Positions 41,080-50,400 of a DNA stretch of 64,000 nt are shown piece by piece. Under the pieces are notes generated by a model. It worked only from the letters and a program-made list of their open reading frames with translations, was not told the DNA's origin and searched no databases. Position numbers and translations under genes: made by a program. Origin of the DNA: the human T2T-CHM13v2.0 reference genome, Homo sapiens; NCBI RefSeq assembly GCF_009914755.1, contig NC_060928.1, one strand, 5' to 3'. How positions within the stretch are numbered: position 1 is the first letter of the stretch; each line of letters begins with the position of its first letter.

Positions 41080-41750
41080 CGCATATGTGTGTACACATCC
41101 ATATATGCGAAGCCATGTGTGCACATGCATGACTGGTGTCATGCATAGGGACAGATGTGTGCAGCACAGGCATACACACGTGTGTGCAATGTGCATGGAT
41201 TCGTGTTATCTGCACAGGGAAGGCTGTGCGTGCCCGCAGTATGCACAGGTGTGTGCACAGCATGGGTGCATCATTTCTACATATGCCAGTGTGATACATA
41301 TGCATGTGTAGACATACGTGTGCAAAAAGCACGTGTGTATGATAGTGCATATGTATATATGCACCTGCATGTGAAGAGTACATGGACATGTGTATGCACA
41401 CGCAGGCATGTGTGCATGTGTGGGAACATGTATGTGTGCATACATGTGTGTATATTCTGTAGGCATGGATGCACTGTAAATCCACATGGTATATGTAGAC
41501 AGTGTGTGTGTGGATGTGTGCATGCATGTGTGTGTGAAGGCATGCAAGTGTGCATGAATAGGTTGCATGCTTGCATGCATGTGTGGATATGTGTATGTAT
41601 GGGTGTTCATGCTTGCATGAACACACGTGTATTCATGATATGTATATTCATGTGTGTGCATGGATCTATGTGTGCACAAGGATGTGTGTGGATACATATA
41701 TGTGTGTGGACACTGTACATCTGCGTATGTGCATGCATGCCTGCATGTGC
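41080..41750. repeat. ~670-bp degenerate (TG/CA/TA) alternating purine-pyrimidine tract
   Basis: tgtgtgcatgcatgtgtatgcaca-type sequence throughout. Confidence 0.9.
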
Positions 41751-44255
41751 AGGGAGGGGGCTCAAGGAGCCAAACTCCCCTCCACCCGAGCTGAGGCTGC
41801 TCACGAAGCCTAGAGCGCGGCATCCCAGGCAGGCACCCAGCTCTCTCCGGCACAGCAGCCAGGGCCCAATGTCCCATGGCTGTATGGCCCTGCTGGACCA
41901 ACCCTGTCCTCCTAGGCCCCACGCATCATGGGTGAGATACAGGCAGGTTCGCCTCTGCAGCTCCAGGACGTGCCACTTCTAGGTTCTCAGTTCTAGGAAA
42001 CACCTGTAGGTTTCCCCTCTGAAATATGCCCACTTCTGCCATGTACTCCCCTGCACACGTACACACAGACAGCCCCCACAACCCCCGCCAGTGCAGCCTG
42101 ACTCCCCCAGCACCCTCCTTCCTCGCCCCTCCTGGTCGTGCCAGCTCGCGTCGTGCCTCGTCAGGACAGGAAGTCTTGCTGGGTACGTGCTGTTCTGCTT
42201 GTTACGGACAATCCGGAGCAGTTCCTCAAGCCTAATTTCAAGGTCTGGGGGAAGAGGCCTCTCCAGCTTCCTCGCAAACAGCTGCGGTCCCGGGTCCTCC
42301 CACCACAGGCAGGCCTGCGTGCAATGCAACCCCTATGCATGGCCCAGGGCTTCGCTCCTCCTAATGACTCCAGGCCCCAGCTTTTTGCCCTGGGCTCCAT
42401 CCAGGCCCTGGAGTGGACCCTTCTGACCCCTCCCTGGTCATGCCAGGAGGTGTTGCCAGCAGCATGTCAGCATGTTGGCTGCCATCCCCAAGGGCCTGGG
42501 CCACTCACTGGCCAGGCACTCCAGATGCCCTCAGCCTGGCCTGTGAGTGGCCGGCCCCTGCCTTCAGCCCTCCTGGGCAGTGGGAGGCTCATCTGGCTCA
42601 GGGCCCCAGGTGCTCCGTGTCCTTTTCCCTCCAAATTCCTGTGCCTGGGCTGCCATCTCTTGGGAACATAGGAGCCAGGATCCTAGATAGATCCCCATGC
42701 CCCTGCGCATCCCCCAAAGCACTTCTCAAAAAGAGAGCCCTTCAGGATGGGGGTGGGAGGCACGCTGATGCCGAGGGAGAGAGACCTTCTCCAAAGCCTG
42801 CATCTGGCCCCTGCCACTGCTCTTTCCTAGTCCTCCTGTCTCCCCACGCCCCCAGTACAAAGCCCACTCCCACTGGAGGAAGGACAGCCTACAGAGGCCT
42901 CCCCCTTCCTCATAACACCTCCTCATTCTCTAAGCACAGTTTGGTCACCTCCTCCAGGAAGGCTTCCTTGACAACCCCGCTCCCAGGCTGGGGGAGGAGC
43001 CCCAGGGCACTGATGGTTGTCAGCGCATTCACCTCAGTGGGTGGCCCCATCCACCCACAGATGGTGAGCACCTCAACTGAGGCCAGGCCCCCCTCACTCT
43101 CTGCCATCGCAGAGGGCTCAATAGAGACAAGGGCTCCAGCGGGCCGACCATGAAGGAAGCAGGTGTGTGTGGGCTTCCCTGAAAAATGCACCTCCAGGTG
43201 CCCTGGACAGGTGGCACCTTTTAGGCAACCAGAACCAGGAGGGCCTTTAGTAAGGATGGTGACCCTCCACCATCCCCAGGTCACACACCTCCCACAGGAC
43301 AGCCATGGCCTGTTGCCTCCCCGAAGGGCATATGTGCCCTAGACTAGCACAGGACTGGCACAGAAGGCTTTGGCTCCAACGTGCGCCCCTGCTTGGCAGG
43401 CCCATCATCTGAAATATTTGCTTTCTGCCGGGCCCCGGCTCGGCCTCCACACCCCCAATGCAGGCCCTGCTGGTGACAAACATGGTGAAGAACGAAGCCG
43501 TAGCTCCTGGCAGTGTCTCTGCGGAGACAGACATGCTCCCCAGTAGGGCTGAGCAGCAGAGAACACGACAGGCTCTGAGGCTAAAGCTGGCGCCCTTCAG
43601 GAGCTCAGAGAGAAGCTGCCCCAGGCCACGGGCATGGATAGGCATCCCGGGGGTAGGGCAGTCACTCCAGCCGCTCTTCATGATGACCTCCCGGGCACTC
43701 AGAAGCGCCCCTTCCCCGCCGGTTCTAGCCACAGGATGGACAGACCTTCCCTCCCTCTCTCCTGCGGGCCCATGCAGGGAGAGGCCAGCCAGCTGGGGTT
43801 CGTTTCTGGACGTTTGGGAGAAGGGTCGTCCCTTCGGTCCTAGCAGAGAAACGTCAGGCCTGAGAACTCCAGCTCTCCTCCTGGATCACCTCGTCCCTGG
43901 AAGTCCCTCTCCCACAGACCCCAGGCTGCCTGGAGGCAGAAGCCAGCACCCAACATGGGCCACAGAGTGGCAGTGCACGTGGCAGTGCACATCTGCAGAA
44001 TGGAGGTGCGCGGACGGGGGCGAGGGTGCACGGGGGCTACCTCAACGGCCGCTCTCCCCTGAGCCCACCCTTGCAAAAAGCTCCATCATCCAGGCAGCTC
44101 CGTTCTGGGTGTTTGTCAGAGGTGGTGACTTTGAACACCTCTCCATCCTTTAAAAGCAGGGCCTGAGAGCCTAAGGATTAAACTTCAATCACTGCTAACA
44201 TGGGTGCAGAGCTTGGGAGCTTGCCCAGGGCTTCCACAGACACCGCCGTTAGTTA

Positions 44256-44262
44256 TGATTCA
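44256..44262. promoter_or_regulatory. AP-1-like site TGATTCA in the proximal promoter
   Basis: One mismatch to TGA(C/G)TCA, about 280 nt upstream of the TTAGAAA box. Confidence 0.4.
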
Positions 44263-44536
44263 TGCTCCAGCAGCGCTGGGAAGTGGGCCGAGGGAACTGA
44301 GGCCGGGGTGGGTGCGGAGGTGGCTCTGACGGGGAGCGCCGATCCAGGATCTGGTCCGGACCCTGAGCTCGGCAGGACCTGTGCGCACGCAGGTAGCGTC
44401 GCGTCCTCCCCCAGGCTGCGAGAGGTTGCTCTGCCATCAGGCCATGGACCCCGAGCCGCCCGTGCTGCGCGCGCGCGTGTGCGCGCCCCCGCCTGCGCCC
44501 ATGCCTGCGCCGGGGGAGGCGAAGGAGGCTCCAGTC

Positions 44537-44543
44537 TTAGAAA
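44537..44543 (+). promoter_or_regulatory. Non-canonical TATA-like box TTAGAAA of the ADRA2C promoter
   Basis: One of very few AT-rich spots in the island, about 970 nt upstream of the ATG; matches the non-conventional TATA element recalled for this promoter. Confidence 0.6.
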
Positions 44544-44829
44544 GAGCAGCTTCTGGAACTCACCGCCCAGGCCGGCCGCCGCTCGGCCCCGTCCCGCAGG
44601 CTGCAGGCGGCCCTGGAGGGGGCGCCCTCGCCGAGCGCGCGCCCCGCGCCGCCGCCCCGGACTCCTCCCCGGCGCCGCGCGGGCAGGTTCGACCAGGCGG
44701 CCGCGGGCTCCGGTTCCCGGCCAGCTCCCCAGGGCCCGCGGCCCGCCCCGCCCCGCGCGCCCGCCCCGCTGCGCAACTCGACCCAAGTTGGAAGCCGATC
44801 GCAGGCGGCCGCACTCGCGCCCAGCGCAG

Positions 44830-44850
44830 GGCGGCGGCGGCGGCGGCGGC
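44830..44850 (+). repeat. (GGC)7 trinucleotide repeat in the ADRA2C 5' leader
   Basis: ggcggcggcggcggcggcggc read directly. Confidence 0.9.
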
Positions 44851-45052
44851 GCAGCTCCGGCGAGCGAGGCGGCGGCCGCACGGCCAAGCGTGGACCGCGG
44901 GGGGCGCCCGCGCCCGGGAGCAGCCGGAGGACTCGCGGCGGCGCCGGCGCCCCGCCCGGGAAAGTAAAGTTGGAGACGGAGGGAGCGCGCGGGCGCGGGG
45001 GCCCGGAGGAGCGGCGGCCGGCGCCCCGGCGCGCCGAGCCCTAGCCGGCCGG

Positions 45053-45187
45053 ATGGGAGGCGGAGCGCCCGGGCCGCCGCCGCCTGTCGCCTGCGCCCCG
45101 GCTGGGCTCCGGGACCGCGGGGCCGCTCAGGCACGCCCGCTCGGGCGCCGCGTCGCCGTGGGCTCGCCGCCGGGGCGCTCCCCGTGA
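45053..45187 (+). other. uORF1 (44 aa, [11 protein letters not shown]...GRSP) in the long 5' leader
   Basis: ATG at 45053 (cggATGg), TGA at 45185-45187. Translation not demonstrated. Confidence 0.5.
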
Positions 45188-45415
45188 GCCGGGCCGAGGG
45201 CGGGGCCGCGCGAGGACCCCGGGACCTGCCCCCCTCCCCCCGCAGCCGCGTCGCCGCTCGCTCCGGGCGCCTCCTGCTCTGCACTTACACGCTCGGCAGC
45301 TGCGGGGAGCCCGGCAGCCACGCTCTCCGGCGCGCCGCCCGCGGAGCCACCACGGCCGAGGGCCGGCTGCTGGGCGCCGCGGTCCCCGGCGGGCGCGCCC
45401 GAGCAGCAGGCGGCG

Positions 45416-45490
45416 ATGCGGGCGCCGACCCCGGCTGGGGGGCGCCCGAGCTGCCGCGGCTGCGCCCCGGCTCCAGGAGGGACGGCGTAG
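45416..45490 (+). other. uORF2 (24 aa, [24 protein letters not shown])
   Basis: gcgATGc at 45416; TAG ends 14 nt before the main ATG; out of frame with the CDS. Confidence 0.55.
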
Positions 45491-45504
45491 CTCGCGGGAG
45501 GACC

Positions 45505-46893
45505 ATGGCGTCCCCGGCGCTGGCGGCGGCGCTGGCGGTGGCGGCAGCGGCGGGCCCCAATGCGAGCGGCGCGGGCGAGAGGGGCAGCGGCGGGGTTGCC
45601 AATGCCTCGGGGGCTTCCTGGGGGCCGCCGCGCGGCCAGTACTCGGCGGGCGCGGTGGCAGGGCTGGCTGCCGTGGTGGGCTTCCTCATCGTCTTCACCG
45701 TGGTGGGCAACGTGCTGGTGGTGATCGCCGTGCTGACCAGCCGGGCGCTGCGCGCGCCACAGAACCTCTTCCTGGTGTCGCTGGCCTCGGCCGACATCCT
45801 GGTGGCCACGCTGGTCATGCCCTTCTCGTTGGCCAACGAGCTCATGGCCTACTGGTACTTCGGGCAGGTGTGGTGCGGCGTGTACCTGGCGCTCGATGTG
45901 CTGTTTTGCACCTCGTCGATCGTGCATCTGTGTGCCATCAGCCTGGACCGCTACTGGTCGGTGACGCAGGCCGTCGAGTACAACCTGAAGCGCACACCAC
46001 GCCGCGTCAAGGCCACCATCGTGGCCGTGTGGCTCATCTCGGCCGTCATCTCCTTCCCGCCGCTGGTCTCGCTCTACCGCCAGCCCGACGGCGCCGCCTA
46101 CCCGCAGTGCGGCCTCAACGACGAGACCTGGTACATCCTGTCCTCCTGCATCGGCTCCTTCTTCGCGCCCTGCCTCATCATGGGCCTGGTCTACGCGCGC
46201 ATCTACCGAGTGGCCAAGCTGCGCACGCGCACGCTCAGCGAGAAGCGCGCCCCCGTGGGCCCCGACGGTGCGTCCCCGACTACCGAAAACGGGCTGGGCG
46301 CGGCGGCAGGCGCAGGCGAGAACGGGCACTGCGCGCCCCCGCCCGCCGACGTGGAGCCGGACGAGAGCAGCGCAGCGGCCGAGAGGCGGCGGCGCCGGGG
46401 CGCGTTGCGGCGGGGCGGGCGGCGGCGAGCGGGCGCGGAGGGGGGCGCGGGCGGTGCGGACGGGCAGGGGGCGGGGCCGGGGGCGGCTGAGTCGGGGGCG
46501 CTGACCGCCTCCAGGTCCCCGGGGCCCGGTGGCCGCCTGTCGCGCGCCAGCTCGCGCTCCGTCGAGTTCTTCCTGTCGCGCCGGCGCCGGGCGCGCAGCA
46601 GCGTGTGCCGCCGCAAGGTGGCCCAGGCGCGCGAGAAGCGCTTCACCTTTGTGCTGGCTGTGGTCATGGGCGTGTTCGTGCTCTGCTGGTTCCCCTTCTT
46701 CTTCAGCTACAGCCTGTACGGCATCTGCCGCGAGGCCTGCCAGGTGCCCGGCCCGCTCTTCAAGTTCTTCTTCTGGATCGGCTACTGCAACAGCTCGCTC
46801 AACCCGGTCATCTACACGGTCTTCAACCAGGATTTCCGGCGATCCTTTAAGCACATCCTCTTCCGACGGAGGAGAAGGGGCTTCAGGCAGTGA
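45505..46893 (+). CDS. ADRA2C: Alpha-2C adrenergic receptor (class A GPCR), intronless, 462 aa
   Basis: Strong Kozak accATGg at 45505 and 1389 nt to TGA. Protein [21 protein letters not shown]...[14 protein letters not shown] has 7 hydrophobic helices, N-glycosylation sequons N19/N33, LASAD (TM2), amine-binding Asp in ALDVLFC (TM3), DRY, a long Gly/Arg-rich ICL3, CWFP, NPVIY, and a C-terminal F(x)6IL plus penta-Arg with no palmitoylation Cys, all typical of alpha2C. Confidence 0.99.
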
Positions 46894-46960
46894 CTCGCAC
46901 CCGTCTGGGAATCCTGGACAGCTCCGCGCTCGGGGCTGGGCAGAAGGGGCGGCCCGGACG

Positions 46961-47007
46961 GGGGAGCTTTCCCAGAGACCCGGGGAGCTTTCCCAGAGAC
47001 CCGGGGA
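46961..47007 (+). repeat. 21-bp tandem duplication in the ADRA2C 3'UTR
   Basis: GGGGAGCTTTCCCAGAGACCC x2 followed by GGGGA. Confidence 0.95.
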
Positions 47008-47425
47008 TGGATTGGCCTCCAGGGCGCAGGGGAGGGTGCGGCAGGGCAGGAGCTTGGCAGAGAGATAGCCGGGCTCCAGGGAGTGGGGAGGAGAGAGGGG
47101 GAGACCCCTTTGCCTTCCCCCCTCAGCAAGGGGCTGCTTCTGGGGCTCCCTGCCTGGATCCAGCTCTGGGAGCCCTGCCGAGGTGTGGCTGTGAGGTCAG
47201 GGTTTTAGAGAGCAGTGGCAGAGGTAGCCCCCTAAATGGGCAAGCAAGGAGCCCCCCAAAGACACTACCACTCCCCATCCCCGTCTGACCAAGGGCTGAC
47301 TTCTCCAGGACCTAGTCGGGGGGTGGCTGCCAGGGGGCAAGGAGAAAGCACCGACAATCTTTGATTACTGAAAGTATTTAAATGTTTGCCAAAAACAACA
47401 GCCAAAACAACCAAACTATTTTCTA

Positions 47426-47431
47426 AATAAA
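47426..47431 (+). terminator. Polyadenylation signal of ADRA2C
   Basis: AATAAA about 530 nt after the stop, preceded by an AU-rich stretch (ATTTA 47376-47380) and followed by GT-rich sequence. Confidence 0.85.
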
Positions 47432-50400
47432 CCTTTGTAATCTAATGTTGGGTGCCGCAGTCAGTCCTTGAGCTTGGGGGCTGGGGGTATCTTCCAGACC
47501 CTCACCCTGCCTGACACCCTCCCCCATCTCCCCCACCCCACAATGCTGGACGGAGGGCACCCTGGGCCTCCGGGTTACAACTTCCTTCTTGCATGAGAAG
47601 GAGGGGTCTTGCTTTTTCTCAAGCTAACCCTTTATGTACATGGAAAATATGTACTCAAAATTCCTGTGCTGAGAGTAGCGAAGAGGTGAAAGGAGCCTAG
47701 AACCCCCAAGTTGACCCCAAGTTTAGATTCTGGGGGACTGTCTTCCCTGCATTCCCATCCCTGCCCCCTGCCCTTCCCCACTCTGATATTCAGGGCCTCC
47801 GGTGGAAAGAGGTGGGGCTCTTCCAGTCCAAGACTGAGAGTAGCTTTGAGCTAGTCCTCCTGGCTCTGAACATTTTGTGGGCGTGGCTCTTGGGTGGAGA
47901 GAGGGTGGGCGTGAGGCCGGCAAGCCCCCACACCATCACTCTTAGGCCAGAGGCCTGGCCAGAGCCAGGTTGAACAACAGGCACTTTCTTATTTCCGAAA
48001 CAAACTGAAAGTCATTGAGGCCCCAGAGCAGTGGAGTGGAACAAACCAGCAATGTCTGGAGAGGGGCCTGGGGCCGGCCTGTTTCCTGTGGTGCCCCCAG
48101 GGTCTTCCCAGTGCAGCCCTGCCTTTCCCCCTTGCTCCACCGTGAGGCCCAGCAGGTGTCCACACTGTTCACACTGCTGCTTGAGGAAGGGCAGTGGAAA
48201 GTGGGGGACAGAATACCAAGGTGGGCTTCCTGGTGCTGGGCCTTCATGGTGTAGGGACCACTCAGACTCAGCCGTGTCACAGGGCCTGGAAGTTGTCAGG
48301 ATGGCTGGAGGGGAGGGGCAAAAGCGGGACCTGCGCCTGGCAGGAGCTGGGCAGGGGTCCCCCCAACACACACGCACAGACAGCTCGGTAGGCGTGTGGG
48401 GGCTGTGTCAGGCCTCCTGCTTGTGACCATCCATTCCCCATTCCCGTCCCCCTTCCCATCCCTGGGAGGCCCCCCTGGGCTTCCCTATGTGTACCCTCCC
48501 CTGCCAGACCCTGCCTGCTGAGCCCAGCCCAGATCCATCCTGGATACCCACCTCTCTCTTTGGCATGGGGGGCCAGGGTCTGCCTGGGGAGGGGTCAGCC
48601 CTGGGTCCTGTGTTCTTCTGCAAGCCCCCGTCCGCGAAGTCAGGTTCCAGAGCAGGGGGACCTGACTTGCCAGAGTTGGCCCTTGGAGAACCCCCTCGCC
48701 GCAGCTGCCTGGCTTCCACCCCAGATGATGGGTCTTCAGGATACCCCAGCTGGGAAGAGCTCTCCCAGCCGTGTCCACAGCTGGCACATGTGCTAATGCT
48801 CACACCTGCTGTGTGCTAGTCTCAGACACAGGTGGGGAGATACAGACAGCAGTGGGGGCAGGGGAGGGGTGGAGAACATGGCCAGTCAAGGCCGATGAGG
48901 ACATCCCTGACCTCCCCCAACCAGACCTGGGCAGGGAGTCCTGAACTGTTGGCCCAGCTTGTCCTGGAGCTGTTGTACTGGCTCAGACAAATCCCTGCTC
49001 TCTGGGCCTCGGTGCCCCACCTGGGAAGTGGAGGGGGTCCTGGGAGCCCTCTTGGGCCCTGCCAGGCCTGCCAATCTGTTGGGCAATCTATCCCCTGAGC
49101 CTGGGACCACAGGAGACCCCACCTCAGAGACTCCATGGCTGACATCGCACCCAGGGACACTCTGAGGGCAGGCCTTGGGCTGCGAGAGAATCACTGTACA
49201 CACATGAAAAAGACTCCAGAGCTCAGGATTTCTGCTCCAGAATCTGCATCTTACCAAGCCGGCAGGAGGGGTCCAAAACTCACAACTGCAAGACGGGAGG
49301 GCAGACCCCCAACCCCTCACCTGCCAGCACTCAAGACCCCAAGTCCCGCCCAGGGCACCCTTCCCTTGAGAGCACCAGCATTTCATGGGATAACTCGTAC
49401 ATTTCATGGGACTCAGAGAGGTGGATTAACCTGCCTGAGGTCACACAGCTGGTGATAAGACCCAACAGGGCCCAGGTTTCCTGGCCCCAAATTCAACCAG
49501 ATAACAAGTATTTCTTGAGTATCTCCACCATTTCCTACTGCCTCCTGGGAGGTCTTCAGGAATGGGCAACTTCCCACAGCTGAGGGCAGACCCCACGTGG
49601 AGGCACAGCATGATGAGCAAGGGTTTGGAGGTAGGAGGTGCAAGTGTGTTTTAGGAAATGGGGTGCCAGCATGGGGAGGGGGAGACAATGCAGACAGGAG
49701 GCTGGACAGAGGGGCCGTGTGCCAGGCTGCAGGGGAGAAGCTGGTGGGAGGGTGCTTGGACAGAGTGTCAGGTTTTGATCTGACCCCCTGGGGGCTGTGA
49801 GGTCTGCAGAGGAAATGCAACCTCCCAGGGCTGGAGCCTGCCCTGTCACCTGCTCAGCAGTGTGGCCGACTGAGCATGTCACCTCTGAACTGCAGATCCT
49901 CCTCCCTGCAAGGGGATAACCACAGCCCCCCCACACCCAGGGATCCTGGGAGATTAACTTCGAGGATACAGCAGGGCACGCAGCCTGGTACACGCTCGGG
50001 GAAGAATGTCAGCAAACCTTCCTCCTCTTCCCGTCCTGACCCTGCCAGTCACACCCTCCAGGGCTATGGCCGGGACTGCAGCCGGCAGATGTTCACCACT
50101 CGATCTTGGTTGCCGCCTGGAGAGACTTTCTTTTCAGCTGGATAAACAGAGACAGAAACCTGGCTTCTCACCCTGCCTGCTGCAGGGACACGTGTCACCT
50201 TGCTCTGAGTCCTGGTGTCTTCATCCATGAAGGGGGCACTGACACCCACCCCGAGGGTAAGATGAGCCCCGAGTGCCTCCAAACCCAGCCCAGGAACCAC
50301 CCGCCAAGGGGACTTCTCAACGCCCAGAGCAGGGCCCTCCCCTCTGCCGACCTGTCCACCACGGCCCCTGACTTCCTGAGTGGCTCTCCTCTCCACGGAC

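Larger units (their letters stand above)
44320..46900. promoter_or_regulatory. CpG island covering the ADRA2C promoter, 5'UTR and CDS
   Basis: Abrupt rise in CpG density and GC content, with multiple GC boxes (CCGCCC/GGGCGG). Confidence 0.93.

Noticed and set aside
40895-41982. Cys/His/Met/Val-rich ORFs resembling metallothionein
   Set aside because: Artefact of the TG/CA low-complexity tract.
37500-43000. Possible upstream lncRNA near ADRA2C
   Set aside because: Exons and TSS cannot be supported from the sequence alone.
45184-45504. 569-aa ORF-track version of ADRA2C starting at GTG
   Set aside because: The canonical start is the strong-Kozak ATG at 45505; the extension is kept only as a hypothesis.
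45127-46854. 575-aa antisense ORF overlapping ADRA2C
   Set aside because: Typical shadow ORF of a GC3-rich GPCR gene; non-ATG start and no recognisable domain.
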